The notes: a model not told the origin generated them from the letters alone. A stretch of 64,000 bases of DNA from Flavobacteriales bacterium (GCA_040377305.1 JBEIPA010000012.1:1-64000), one strand, 5' to 3'; positions 40,074 to 50,680 are shown, counted from the stretch's first letter. Made by a program: numbers and translations.

Positions 40074-40772
40074 GTGAAATCCGCTGTTAGCATTCTACTT
40101 TTTCCTGTGCTGTTGATCATATTCACCGTCAACACATCATTCGTTGATCCGGCGAAGAAAGAGTTCACATTCACCGGCTACTTCGGTATAGACAAGCTTG
40201 TGCAGGACAAAAAGTACTGGTGTGCAGCAAAAGGCGATTCCATCAGCCTTAGCATGTGCCGCTTTTATGTGTCGAACATGAAACTGTTGAAGGATGATGT
40301 AGAGTGGGGGAGAATGGAATACAAACTCATTGATTTGTTCGACAGTACCACAACCAGGATGGACATTCCACATTACTCACGGAATGGAGTAAATGCGGTT
40401 CGGTTTTATCTCGGTATTGACAGCGTAAGGAATGTGGCAGGTGTAGGTTCTGGTGATCTCGATCCAACAAAGGGAATGTATTGGTCGTGGCAAAGTGGTT
40501 ACATCAACATGAAACTGGAAGGAAACAGTAAACTCTGTTCGAAATCGAAAAATGAATTTCAATATCACCTCGGAGGTTATGCCTCACCAAACAATGCGTT
40601 GCAGTTGGTGGAACTGAAACTTGAAAAAGGCGAATCGTACAATATCAAGGTTGACGTCGAACAGTTTTTCTCCCGAACCGATATGAGAGAAACAGCCCAC
40701 GTGATGTCTCCAGCGCTTAAGGCAGTCGAGCTTTCTGTTAACGCTTCGAAAATGTTTTCCATCGCCGAATGA
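40074..40772 (+). CDS. mbnP: MbnP-family copper-binding protein
   Basis: RFYVSN, LGID, GDLDP..GMYWSWQSGYI..KLEG (WxW motif) and YHLGG. Confidence 0.8.
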   Translation: MKSAVSILLFPVLLIIFTVNTSFVDPAKKEFTFTGYFGIDKLVQDKKYWCAAKGDSISLSMCRFYVSNMKLLKDDVEWGRMEYKLIDLFDSTTTRMDIPHYSRNGVNAVRFYLGIDSVRNVAGVGSGDLDPTKGMYWSWQSGYINMKLEGNSKLCSKSKNEFQYHLGGYASPNNALQLVELKLEKGESYNIKVDVEQFFSRTDMRETAHVMSPALKAVELSVNASKMFSIAE

Positions 40773-41791
40773 AGAACAGACTTTCTGTATTGATCGTATT
40801 AGCGTTACTACTGTTTGGTTTCCGATCGGTTCCTGCTCTCTTTTCATATCCGGAGTATTTTCCAAAACCGGTTTACGATGTAAAGAAACATGCGTTGACC
40901 GCAGAAAAAATTGAACTGGGAAGAAAACTCTTCTACGATCCGATATTGTCGCTCGATAGTTCCACCTCATGTGCATCCTGTCATTCTCCGTACAACGCTT
41001 TCGCACACATCGACCACAAACTAAGTCATGGCATAAACGACAGCATTGGAACGAGAAATGCTCCTGCTTTGTTTAACCTTGCGTGGCAATCGCAATTCAT
41101 GTGGGATGGCGCTGTGAATAATATCGAAGTTCAGCCTCTTGCTCCAATTGCGAATCCGATTGAAATGCACGAAGACATTGCGCATGTAGTTTTCAAATTG
41201 CAGCGTTCGAAAATTTATCCCACTTTTTTCCGCAATGCATTTGGCGATTCGGTCATCACCGGCCAACATGTTTTGCTCGCCCTCACACAGTTTCAGTTGA
41301 CGCTAGTTTCCTGTAATTCGAAATACGATAGCGTGATGAATCATACAGCGACTTTCACGAAGCAGGAACAGAATGGCCACGATTTGTTTCAGAAACATTG
41401 CAACTCGTGTCATACAGCACCGCTGTTTTCAACATACGCGTATGCAAGCAACGGGTTGCCGGTCGACACATTTCTGAACGACATTGGACGCGCGGGCATC
41501 ACACACATCGCGAGCGATTCCTTCCTGTTCAAGATTCCTTCTTTGCGCAATGTAGCGTACACGTTCCCATACATGCACGATGGCCGGTATGCGAAGTTGT
41601 ATGATGTAGTTAACTATTATTCAACGACCGGAAACAAGTCGCGATTTGTTTCACCTCAGCTTTCGCAACCAATCCTATTATCGTCCGACGAAAAAGTTGA
41701 TCTCGTCGCATTTATGTTGACGTTGAGTGACAAAAGTTTCATTTTTAATAAAAATATCGGACCTCCACCGCTGGAGCAGAAGAAGCCCTGA
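40769..41791 (+). CDS. mbnH: MbnH/MauG-like di-heme cytochrome c peroxidase
   Basis: LGRKLFYDP.LS, CASCH, CNSCH, FKIPSLRNV and PYMHDGR; overlaps the mbnP stop codon. Confidence 0.85.
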   Translation: MKNRLSVLIVLALLLFGFRSVPALFSYPEYFPKPVYDVKKHALTAEKIELGRKLFYDPILSLDSSTSCASCHSPYNAFAHIDHKLSHGINDSIGTRNAPALFNLAWQSQFMWDGAVNNIEVQPLAPIANPIEMHEDIAHVVFKLQRSKIYPTFFRNAFGDSVITGQHVLLALTQFQLTLVSCNSKYDSVMNHTATFTKQEQNGHDLFQKHCNSCHTAPLFSTYAYASNGLPVDTFLNDIGRAGITHIASDSFLFKIPSLRNVAYTFPYMHDGRYAKLYDVVNYYSTTGNKSRFVSPQLSQPILLSSDEKVDLVAFMLTLSDKSFIFNKNIGPPPLEQKKP

Positions 41792-41805
41792 TCAAAACCT
41801 AAGCT

Positions 41806-43161
41806 ATGAAGAAGACTCTTTCCATTGTTGCACTCCTTGGATCTGCAATTGCACTGCAAGCACAAACAAATCCGGTAATTCTAAACTGGTTGCAGAACAC
41901 GTCCATTTATGGATCGCATTACATTCAGAATAACTTCACACCAATTCCGGAAAATGTTCTGGCGAATTGTCAAACCGTACAATATTCTACGAACTGGGTT
42001 TACGTGAGTACACATGGTATTCCAACATACACAACCGGTCCTTTCCTCGATGGAAATCCATCACTGGCGAGCGATCAGAATGCAATCTTCCGGTTTCCTT
42101 TGAACCCAACACAGAACACAGGCAATCCAACTTCGACAACGATGGGGAACATTGGTGTGTTCATCAATGGTGTTGCTTTGTTTGATTACCGCGATGGTGT
42201 GTCGTGGAATAATGCACAACAACAGGAACGCGGTGGTCCATTGGGCGGAAGTGGCGACGGAGTTTGGAATCGCGATGCAGTTCCTGCAGAAATGCTTGGC
42301 TTCGATTGCGCGAAAGGTCATCCTGCAATGGGAAATTATCACCATCACCAAAATCCTTCTGCATTTGATCTGGATCTCGTGCAGGTTTCAACCGTGTGCA
42401 ATTTGTACGACGCCGATGGACTTTATGTAATTGACAGCGCAGTACATTCTCCGCTCATCGGTTTTGCTTACGATGGATTTCCGATCTACGGCGCTTACGG
42501 TTACGCAAACGCAAACGGAACTGGTGGAATTGTTCGCATCGAATCCGGTTACCAGTTGCGTAGCATTTCTGCCCGCACACATTATGCCGATGGAAGTGAT
42601 GTTACTGATGGACCAGCAATCAATTCAACGTATCCGCTTGGTCGTTACCGCGAAGATTACGAATGGATTTCACATCCGGGCAACGAATGGTATCTCGACG
42701 AACACAATGGTCGCTTCTGCGTAACACCGGAATATCCGAATGGTATCTATTGCTACTTCGCTACGGTTGATGCAAACTGGAATTCCGCTTATCCGTATGC
42801 AGTTGGTCCAACATTCTATGGCAACAAAGTAGCGCAGGAGGTGACACAGATTACGGAAACAACTACAACGTATGTTCCTACTTCGGGAGTAATATCTCAG
42901 GCGGAAATGGATGCTATGCAATTCACTGTGTATCCGAATCCCGCGCAGGATTTTATTGCTGTTCAGGTTGGCGATTTGGTCACAACAGTAATCAAAGCAA
43001 CGATGTACGATATGGCAGGTCGCGTGATTCAGGAAACGATGATTAATCCGGGAAGCACGATTGCGTATTTCGACACGCGTACTATTTACGACGGACAATA
43101 CATCATTCAGATTCAAAGTGGAGAAAGTGTAAGAACAAGCAAAGTAGTTTTGCAGCACTAG
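41806..43161 (+). CDS. YHYH-family protein with a T9SS CTD
   Basis: IGVFINGV, GHP..GNYHHH, HSPLIGFAYDGFPIYG, LDEHNGR..TPEYP.G.Y.Y; YPNP CTD. Confidence 0.85.
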   Translation: MKKTLSIVALLGSAIALQAQTNPVILNWLQNTSIYGSHYIQNNFTPIPENVLANCQTVQYSTNWVYVSTHGIPTYTTGPFLDGNPSLASDQNAIFRFPLNPTQNTGNPTSTTMGNIGVFINGVALFDYRDGVSWNNAQQQERGGPLGGSGDGVWNRDAVPAEMLGFDCAKGHPAMGNYHHHQNPSAFDLDLVQVSTVCNLYDADGLYVIDSAVHSPLIGFAYDGFPIYGAYGYANANGTGGIVRIESGYQLRSISARTHYADGSDVTDGPAINSTYPLGRYREDYEWISHPGNEWYLDEHNGRFCVTPEYPNGIYCYFATVDANWNSAYPYAVGPTFYGNKVAQEVTQITETTTTYVPTSGVISQAEMDAMQFTVYPNPAQDFIAVQVGDLVTTVIKATMYDMAGRVIQETMINPGSTIAYFDTRTIYDGQYIIQIQSGESVRTSKVVLQH

Positions 43162-43182
43162 CTCGGTTTGGATTAACCAGGT

Positions 43183-43221
43183 AAAGGCGTCCCGGCGGTA
43201 ATTCGTCGGGACGCCTTTTTT
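43183..43221 (+). terminator. Intrinsic terminator
   Basis: aaaggcgtcccg/cgggacgccttt followed by a T-run. Confidence 0.85.
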
Positions 43222-43270
43222 GTTGCTTTTCGCGAAAATTGTACCTTGTGAGTTCACACATTAGTGCTTT

Positions 43271-43372
43271 TTGTCAGACTGAGCCTCGCTGAAGGGCGAC
43301 AACTGGCACGAATGATGAAATAGTGAGTTCACAATGTTATCCTTGTCAGACTGAGCGTAGCCGAAGGGTGAC
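43271..43372 (+). repeat. Two REP-like units, ttgtcagactgagcNNNgcNgaagggNgac
   Basis: 43271-43302 and 43343-43372; same family as 56796-57043. Confidence 0.7.
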
Positions 43373-43396
43373 GAGGATGAAGACACAATCTCAACT

Positions 43397-44866
43397 ATGA
43401 ACAACGTATTACAATCTGGTTACGATTCACTCCACTCAGAAGAGAAGCGCAATTTGCGTCAACGGCTTTCTGATTCACCGCGTGCTATTCTGCTTTTGGA
43501 TTTTCTGGAAGAGAGAAGAGGGAAGAAGTTCAATACTGTGGATGCGGTGAACACTGTATATAGTGATGAATCGGACGAAGAGTTTACAACACTGCGCAAT
43601 CGTTTCTTCAAGCTTCGCAAGCACATCATTGAAACGCTTGATGAGAATACGGTGAATACGGGAACAGGAGTTTCGCTGCTACCCTTGGAGGAAGAGTTGT
43701 TTCGTTGCCGTCAAATGATCGGACAAAATCACTTTCAGCAAGCAGACAAACAGTTGAAAGCGCTGATCGCAGAATGCAAGCGACTCAATGTGTTTGAATT
43801 GCTGCCTGATGCTTACAACCAGATTGTTTATGCGAATCTCGCGCTGAACAATTTCAAAGAGCACGAACGTAATTTGCGCGACCTTGAGGAATCGAGCAAG
43901 GTGCTGGACGATTTACGTACCATGCAGGTATTGTCGCGACGAATTTATGTGGGCGCAATTACCCGTAATACCAAGGAAGTGGTGAAGCAATTGCAGGCAA
44001 TGCGCAGAATTGTTCTTCGTCGCAGTGCATTTCCACGCTTCGAATTGATTTATCATTTCGTAGTAGTAACGAATGCGCCTTCTGTTCCCGGTTACAGCGG
44101 AAAAGGACACGCGCGACATTTGGCTTCGCTCAAGAAAATATCAGCGAAGCATCCCGGAATGCCTGCTGCGAATTTCGAACCCAATGGAGCCGCGTTGATG
44201 CAATACTATCTGCTTGTCGCCGATGGATCACACCACTTCATGCGTGGTGATGTGCAAACCTGTTACAACCTCTTCAAAGAATCCTGGGATATCATGGAAC
44301 GCATTCCGAATCTCAAGCTGAGAAAGTCGGAAAGCAATTTCAAGAACAGGATTGCGATTGAAGTCGCAACGAATCGTTTCCGGGATGCTGTAAAGACTGC
44401 ACATGATCTCATCGAATTTCAGAAGGAGAACAAGAATGAAGAGAAGCGCCTGAACGGTTTTGCAGAGCTTGCAGTTATTTACAGTTATGCATATCCTGCG
44501 CTGAAATGTCCCGATCCTGAATTTCTGTCGCGGCAGCTCAAAGTATTCACATCCTTGCTCAAACGGGAAAAATCTGTTCTCCTCGGCGACGGGCAATCAA
44601 CACAAGCCATTTTTGCTTTCATGAACAAAGACTGGAAGCTTGCAAACACGATCATGCAGAATAAAGCTGCTCAGGATGTTTTCACTTCCATGGATCTTGA
44701 AATTTACAACGAAGTGCTGCTGATGTCGCCCGCAATGCCCGTTGAGAAAATCAAAGAGGTGAAGAAGCGTGCACAGACTATGCTCGACAAGTCGTTTTCT
44801 TCAGATCGGGTTTATTCGTTGAAGCGGGTGGTGAATTTGATCGGGATATTGGAGAATTCGCTGTGA
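43397..44866 (+). CDS. Large all-helical, TPR-like hypothetical protein
   Basis: 489-aa ORF; N-terminal FTTLRNRFFKL segment resembles 18847-20274. Confidence 0.75.
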   Translation: MNNVLQSGYDSLHSEEKRNLRQRLSDSPRAILLLDFLEERRGKKFNTVDAVNTVYSDESDEEFTTLRNRFFKLRKHIIETLDENTVNTGTGVSLLPLEEELFRCRQMIGQNHFQQADKQLKALIAECKRLNVFELLPDAYNQIVYANLALNNFKEHERNLRDLEESSKVLDDLRTMQVLSRRIYVGAITRNTKEVVKQLQAMRRIVLRRSAFPRFELIYHFVVVTNAPSVPGYSGKGHARHLASLKKISAKHPGMPAANFEPNGAALMQYYLLVADGSHHFMRGDVQTCYNLFKESWDIMERIPNLKLRKSESNFKNRIAIEVATNRFRDAVKTAHDLIEFQKENKNEEKRLNGFAELAVIYSYAYPALKCPDPEFLSRQLKVFTSLLKREKSVLLGDGQSTQAIFAFMNKDWKLANTIMQNKAAQDVFTSMDLEIYNEVLLMSPAMPVEKIKEVKKRAQTMLDKSFSSDRVYSLKRVVNLIGILENSL

Positions 44867-44923
44867 GAACACGATAGTAAATTAAGTGTTCTGTGCACTT
44901 AGTTGTTGTCCATGATAGCGTTG

Positions 44924-45520
44924 TCAAGTATACGACCTGGTGTTTTTGTAATCATCAGTTAAAATGGTCGGTATTGCTGAAGTGGTATACTTTCTAAAAT
45001 CCTTGACGGTTGTTTCATACTGCACATTGAGTGCCTGAAAAGCGTCAAATTGGATTTTGGAATAAATGTTGAATTTGAAGACGTGCATCTGACCATCTAC
45101 GGTCTTAAGATAAACAAGTGCATTACCGTTACGTTCTATATCACGATGGTTGTTTCTAAAACCACAATAATGGTCATAGAATAGGAGGAAGGTGTTGATA
45201 TGTGTTAGTGCTATAGCAAGTCGCTCATCCGGTTTTGTTATCGTGATTTCGTCCAACGTAAACGTAATTGTGCCGGCATAATTGCTGGGCTTGGGCCAGT
45301 CTGGATACAACCTCCGGATGTATTTATCAGTTACGAACAACAAACTCAAGAGTAATACGACAAATACAATTCCACGAGCCTCCCTTGAAACGGGAAGTGA
45401 TTGAACGACGAGCAGCGTAATGATTGCAACAACAACTGATCGTGCGATTCGCGCTAAGCAGCCGTGGTCTGAAAGAACATTGATGTCATCACGGTACAAA
45501 TTCAACTCAACGCTATTCAT
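44924..45520 (-). CDS. Membrane protein; distal putative cassette gene
   Basis: Two TM segments; ATG about 10 bp from the eroded repeat. Confidence 0.65.
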   Translation of the reverse strand: MNSVELNLYRDDINVLSDHGCLARIARSVVVAIITLLVVQSLPVSREARGIVFVVLLLSLLFVTDKYIRRLYPDWPKPSNYAGTITFTLDEITITKPDERLAIALTHINTFLLFYDHYCGFRNNHRDIERNGNALVYLKTVDGQMHVFKFNIYSKIQFDAFQALNVQYETTVKDFRKYTTSAIPTILTDDYKNTRSYT

Positions 45521-45527
45521 TTATTGT

Positions 45528-45614
45528 TGCTTATGGTTTTCGGATTGACATCATTAGCGTTTCCTTCAAATAACTATAACTGAAAAGTGGTTGGCAACAA
45601 TTACACTCTTATGC
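45528..45614 (-). repeat. Heavily eroded copy of the attC-like repeat
   Basis: ttatggttttcggattgacatcattagcgtttccttcaaataactataactgaaaagtggttggcaacaat aligns without gaps to the consensus; upstream gene's TAA sits at its end. Confidence 0.7.
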
Positions 45615-46046
45615 ATCAGTTTTCGCAAGGGCAGCTACTAACTCATCAGGCCTCTTTGTGGTCAATACAACTTTTGTTAGGCTGCCTGCTTCCGAAGTAA
45701 ATTCGATTGCAACTGTTTCTTTGACCCGTTCAACGTTAACTATGTTTTTGAGCGGAACGCGGTGAAGCATCTCATACTGTTGTAGAAAACTGGCAAAAAG
45801 CAAAGGACATTTAAGCCAAAGTTCGCTGTCTGTCACAACAATGTCCAGTCCGCGACTTGTTCCGCCCAGTCTGGTCATAAGAGTCCGAGTAGAGTGTCCA
45901 GACGCAGAACGATCCCGATATTTCACCAGTACCGTTTCGATATCTGGAAATATCGCAATTGCTTTTTTTCCTCGTGTATAAGCGAGATAAAACATAGTTA
46001 GCATCACGACACACCAACAAAGAAATAATACTGTTTGACCGTTCAT
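45609..46046 (-). CDS. Membrane-anchored hypothetical protein; putative cassette gene
   Basis: N-terminal TM segment; stop codon inside the eroded repeat. Confidence 0.65.
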   Translation of the reverse strand: MNGQTVLFLCWCVVMLTMFYLAYTRGKKAIAIFPDIETVLVKYRDRSASGHSTRTLMTRLGGTSRGLDIVVTDSELWLKCPLLFASFLQQYEMLHRVPLKNIVNVERVKETVAIEFTSEAGSLTKVVLTTKRPDELVAALAKTDA

Positions 46047-46104
46047 TTAATCGATTTTCCAAGCATTTATATTTCACGGTGATTTTTAGAAATTCCGGAA
46101 GCAG

Positions 46105-46563
46105 TTATTTCTCACAAATTTCCTTCAGCTTCTCCAATGCTTTTGGATATTTCTCGTTCATATAACCAACAAAATCTTCTGTGGTGTCTAAGTCAACAGT
46201 AACGGTCGTGGTTCCGTTGTTTTCTTCGAACGAATAGTTTTCAAATCCGTTTGCCCACTTTTCCACCTCAGGTCCGTCTGTAATTTCCTTGTCGCCTTGT
46301 ACAAGGCCATAATGTTGGATCGAAACAAATTTGCCGGGAGTGTTTTCCGCTATCCTGGAAACCATGCCTCCCTTTTCTCCGTTCTCCGAAACTCCGACAA
46401 AAAGAATTTTGCTTCCCTTGTCCCAGCTTCCTTCGAATGTCGAGGTTGCGTTAAACAGAGCAGTCCACTGCTCATACGTTGATTTATTGCTGATGCCAAG
46501 CATCACATCGTAAACCTTAGTTGCAGTTGCATTGATGTTTACTGTGAACTGGAGTTTTTTCAT
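46105..46563 (-). CDS. SRPBCC/AHSA1-like domain protein
   Basis: I.A...KVYD.M, YEQWT..F..S.FEGSW.KGSKI.F and ALEKLKEICE. Confidence 0.85.
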   Translation of the reverse strand: MKKLQFTVNINATATKVYDVMLGISNKSTYEQWTALFNATSTFEGSWDKGSKILFVGVSENGEKGGMVSRIAENTPGKFVSIQHYGLVQGDKEITDGPEVEKWANGFENYSFEENNGTTTVTVDLDTTEDFVGYMNEKYPKALEKLKEICEK

Positions 46564-46673
46564 GGTATTGAGTTTGTTTAGATTATACAGATTGTAATTG
46601 GAATGTTATTTCAATTCATATCTCGTGATACGAAACTTCAAATGAGCATAGACTGACTTGTTTCTGCATGCAG

Positions 46674-47927
46674 TTAATATTTTATCAGTTTCGTCGTATA
46701 AGTTTTATTGGAGTCAAGTTCCCCGATGGTTAGAAAATATATTCCCGGTTGTAAACTAATTTGAACCTCTCCATTGTGTATTTCATCCGCATAAACTAAT
46801 TGACCGACGGAGTTGTAAATGCTCAGATTTATGAGTCCGGTAACTCCAATAATTTTGAATGAATTATCAATTGGATTTGGAAATATACTGATGACTGAAC
46901 CAGAATAAAGTTCGTCATACCCCACAGACGAGGAGCAGTTTGATGGAATTGAATCGGTCGAGTAAAAGTCAGTGCAATTATTACAGAATACACTCTTCAT
47001 GAAGCAACTTGCTCTTTTAGCTCTAAACACACTACTTGCGTTTCGATAAATTCCATGTCCACCTGTGGTATCGATTGTTACTTCGCTGCAAATATTATTC
47101 GCAACCAAGTCATTATGTATTGCTCTGGAACCATTGAGTGTGTAGTGCAAAAATGAATTGTCCGAATCAATCTGAACTAATGTGTCAAGTTCCCCATGAA
47201 AAGCAATGGTTGGTAGCATTTCTACACTATCAATTTCGGATTCAGTTACGCCTCCCCAATTATTAAAAATGCCTTTGAATGAATAACTGTTTGATAAATT
47301 ATTTCCTGAAGTATAAAGGTTCCCTAATTCAACACTCGTAGCATTTGCGCTATACAACAACGAGATGCTGTCAAGTTCTGATTGGTCGGCATACACCATA
47401 CCTAATGCAAGTAATGAGCCTGCACTCTGACCTCCAACAAAAATCCAATTCGTATCTATTCTAACGGCATTTGCGTTGTTAACAACAAATCTCATTGCAG
47501 CGTGTCCGTCCTGAATGGCTCTGTATCTCGCCTTATATTGCCCGTATTCAGAAAAATCATGTCCAAGTCTGTAATTGACCGATGCACATACAAAACCTCT
47601 CAATGCCAAATGAACGCATAAGTCAGCGATGTCTCCGGATTGCTTGTCTCCTGAAGAGAAACCACCACCATGAAACAACATAATAAATGGACGTTTAGGC
47701 GACGAATCAATACCAAGATTTGGATAGTAGAGATCCAGAAGCAACGTGTCTGGATTTCCTAAATAATCTTGGGCGATACCATATTGAATATTTGTTCCAA
47801 TCGTAATTTCGGTTGAATCAAAGTATTGGACTTCGGTATATCTCGTATCGCTGGTGCAATACTGTCCATAAGTTTCTCCAATCAAAAGAAATATGGCCGA
47901 TGCAAGGACTAAAAATTTGGGTGTCAT
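46674..47927 (-). CDS. Secreted alpha/beta hydrolase with a T9SS CTD
   Basis: HGGGF, NYRLG, GQSAG and FHGELD; FPNP..PGIYFL. Confidence 0.85.
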   Translation of the reverse strand: MTPKFLVLASAIFLLIGETYGQYCTSDTRYTEVQYFDSTEITIGTNIQYGIAQDYLGNPDTLLLDLYYPNLGIDSSPKRPFIMLFHGGGFSSGDKQSGDIADLCVHLALRGFVCASVNYRLGHDFSEYGQYKARYRAIQDGHAAMRFVVNNANAVRIDTNWIFVGGQSAGSLLALGMVYADQSELDSISLLYSANATSVELGNLYTSGNNLSNSYSFKGIFNNWGGVTESEIDSVEMLPTIAFHGELDTLVQIDSDNSFLHYTLNGSRAIHNDLVANNICSEVTIDTTGGHGIYRNASSVFRAKRASCFMKSVFCNNCTDFYSTDSIPSNCSSSVGYDELYSGSVISIFPNPIDNSFKIIGVTGLINLSIYNSVGQLVYADEIHNGEVQISLQPGIYFLTIGELDSNKTYTTKLIKY

Positions 47928-47986
47928 TGATGTTTACTTTGAATAGATGTATTAACCTCTTGTTTTATTATTTATTTGTGAGTCCT

Positions 47987-48544
47987 TCACATAGAATTTC
48001 CATCAAAGTCAATTTTATACTTTGTGCCATCGAGATTAGTAAGTTCGATCCAGTCGCTTTCAATTTTGAACACTTCTTCTCCGTCAAGTGACATTAAAAT
48101 ACCAACCTCCTTAAATTCCCAATTTATATATCCATCGCGGTCAAGTTGGGTGACTTGCAATTCTCCGTGAACCAAATAATTGTCCTTGTGTTTGAATATT
48201 TGGAAACAAGAAGCAAAGTCTGCCTCGGTTTTCCATACGAGTTCCAGTTCAGTAAGTGTTAAGCAAAAAACGGAATTGCAGCAGCAGATTAGCAGTACAT
48301 CGTCGTCAATCAATGCTGAGTTTTGAGAAACATCTGTCTTGCCACCATAGCCGATAATTATACAGTCGCTGATTAGCTTTCCATCCTGGAAGATCTTGAC
48401 ACCGTGTTTTGACGTCGGAAAGTCGTATGCCATGGATGCGAAATGCTCTTTGGAATAATTGAAGGCATTATTGTCAACGCCAGATTCGTAACCCGGTTCG
48501 TTTAACACTTCAACTATTAAGTCCTTGTATTGATATTGGCTCAT
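47987..48544 (-). CDS. Hypothetical protein, beta-rich
   Basis: 185-aa ORF co-oriented in the array. Confidence 0.7.
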   Translation of the reverse strand: MSQYQYKDLIVEVLNEPGYESGVDNNAFNYSKEHFASMAYDFPTSKHGVKIFQDGKLISDCIIIGYGGKTDVSQNSALIDDDVLLICCCNSVFCLTLTELELVWKTEADFASCFQIFKHKDNYLVHGELQVTQLDRDGYINWEFKEVGILMSLDGEEVFKIESDWIELTNLDGTKYKIDFDGNSM

Positions 48545-48661
48545 TCTATTGTGTTCTTATAGTCCAATGATTAGGTTAAATATCGAAATTATCTAAACAG
48601 AACATTCTTTTACTAACTATTCGATGAACACGTATTAAACTACATCCGTCCGCACCACCAT

Positions 48662-49444
48662 TTACACATTCTGATTATGAAACTTCAAAACCTTAAATCG
48701 TTCTTTTGTCCAGAGAATGGTCATTATTGAAACGGGAATAGCGAGCATGTTGAAGAACACAAAATTTTCATAAAATTTCGGGAATTCTCCAAAAACAGTT
48801 TTCACAGGTTCATTCAACGACTCATCATTTAAGAACATAATGTTTACAAGCACGGTAACCACCAGCGCAATCACCATTGGCCAGATAGAAAACAAGCCAT
48901 GTACTTTTCCGGTCTGCGTATTCTTCAACATCTCCAGGTAGCCGTATTGATTGGTAACGCCGGTCATCTGATCGCCTGTTTTTACTTTACTGTATGAACT
49001 GCTTCCTTCCAGAGTTCGGCCGGAAATAGTTATAAAATACGTAGTACGTTTTTCAAATGTACTGCTACGCGTTCCGGACCGCGGCAGGTGTGTATTCACA
49101 GTCTCTGTCTTCGATCGTTTATCGGTAACAGTGCCTGAAACAAACTGGTAATTGAGCTTGGGCTTTTTTGATCCTGGGAGCGTTTCAATTAGTTTTTGAT
49201 TTCCCCATTTCAAATCTTGCAGCGGAGAACTGAATGCAACGATTTCCTTGTCCGGATTGATTTCAAAAATGAATTCAAATTTTTGCGTGAAGTCAATTCC
49301 TGACGGGAGACTTTTACCCCGTGTTTGTAACTTAAACTTTTCTCCGTTGATCATGAGTTCGTAAACGGGGTGAGGATCTCCGTATTCATCAAAATCACGA
49401 CTGCTGTAACGTTGAATATTGGAACGTACTACTTTATTGCTCAT
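48662..49444 (-). CDS. Membrane protein with C-terminal TM segments
   Basis: 260-aa ORF. Confidence 0.7.
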   Translation of the reverse strand: MSNKVVRSNIQRYSSRDFDEYGDPHPVYELMINGEKFKLQTRGKSLPSGIDFTQKFEFIFEINPDKEIVAFSSPLQDLKWGNQKLIETLPGSKKPKLNYQFVSGTVTDKRSKTETVNTHLPRSGTRSSTFEKRTTYFITISGRTLEGSSSYSKVKTGDQMTGVTNQYGYLEMLKNTQTGKVHGLFSIWPMVIALVVTVLVNIMFLNDESLNEPVKTVFGEFPKFYENFVFFNMLAIPVSIMTILWTKERFKVLKFHNQNV

Positions 49445-49498
49445 GAGGTGGGTGTTGTTCGCTGGTCTATTTGGAATATGTGCTGTTAGCGGCTGATT

Positions 49499-50563
49499 TC
49501 ATATTTTTAGTTTAAACTTTTCAAACTTATTTCCATTTTGTTTGTAAACTCCGTCATTGTCAGTTCCAAGCCAAATTATTCCGCTGCTGTCTTGGTAGAT
49601 AGATACTAGCAAGACATTTTCTGTACCCTTTTTTACTTCAAGGTTGGTGAGCGTTTTACCGTCATATTTCCAAACTCCACCACCATAAGTAGTCATGAAT
49701 AAATTACCATCTTGATCTACAATTCCTGAGTTGAAATAATGGGGTTTTTCTTTTCGAACACCCTTTATTATTTCATATTGTAAATTGTTCGATTCAATTT
49801 TATACTTGCTTATAAAATTGCTCAACCAAAAATATCCGTCTTTGTCTTGAATGATTGAACGAACACCGCCAGCAGTGCCATCTGGGAGAATTGAAAGTTC
49901 TTTTTCATCAAACCACATAAACGATTTTCCATCGTATCGGAACGCACCTGCTACAAAAGTTCCAAACCAAATATTTCCGTCTTTGTCTTTATTTATGCCA
50001 TAAACTGAATAAGGGTTATTGCTATTAAAAGGGCTGATTAGCGTGTCAATTCCAAACGCTTTATTTAAATCTTTCCGTGGCAATTTTAATTCAAAAAGAG
50101 AATCGCCACTATAACGGAATAAATCATTTGCATTGTAGCCAAACCATAAGTCATTCGGTAAAAGTTTCCATTGGTTATGTGACGATTTTATTGGCTTTAA
50201 AGTGGTAAATTGATTTCCGTCAAATTTGCTTATTCCTTTGTGTGTTTCGATGTATATGTTTCCGTCAGTATCTTCTTGAATACCACGGATTGAATCGTTC
50301 ACTAATCCGTCTACTGTTGTAAATTGTTTTAACTCGTTTCCATCTAAAGAATAGATACCGTTTCCATTGCTACCAAACCAATATTTTCCTTTTGAGTCTT
50401 GAAATATTCTCCAAATTTGATTATCCAGTTCAGAAATCACTTTGCCAATTTGTACAGTTTCTGTTTCAGTCTTTTTGTGTTCAGATTGCATCTGTCCTTT
50501 GCATGAGAGGAAACTAATCGAAACAAAAACTATTGAGATTGTTTTTATAGTGGTAATTGTCAT
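49499..50563 (-). CDS. Beta-propeller (Reg_prop-repeat) lipoprotein; cassette gene
   Basis: Lipobox FLSC; repeated I.QD..G.IWFG; flanked by GTTAGCGGC (49485) and GCCGCTAAC (50593). Confidence 0.85.
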   Translation of the reverse strand: MTITTIKTISIVFVSISFLSCKGQMQSEHKKTETETVQIGKVISELDNQIWRIFQDSKGKYWFGSNGNGIYSLDGNELKQFTTVDGLVNDSIRGIQEDTDGNIYIETHKGISKFDGNQFTTLKPIKSSHNQWKLLPNDLWFGYNANDLFRYSGDSLFELKLPRKDLNKAFGIDTLISPFNSNNPYSVYGINKDKDGNIWFGTFVAGAFRYDGKSFMWFDEKELSILPDGTAGGVRSIIQDKDGYFWLSNFISKYKIESNNLQYEIIKGVRKEKPHYFNSGIVDQDGNLFMTTYGGGVWKYDGKTLTNLEVKKGTENVLLVSIYQDSSGIIWLGTDNDGVYKQNGNKFEKFKLKI

Positions 50564-50594
50564 TTCAATATTAATATGGCTGGTTTAAAGTTGC

Positions 50595-50680
50595 CGCTAA
50601 CATTTCGCGGATTGGCGTCGCGCGCTTTTCCTTCTAATAAATATACGTGAAAAGCGCAAAGTGCCAATGCGCGATTAGGG
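50595..50680 (-). repeat. attC-like site, short class, with a mutated gene-proximal core
   Basis: cgctaacatttcgcggattggcgtcgcgcgcttttc...gaaaagcgcaaagtgccaatgcgcgatta. Confidence 0.85.
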
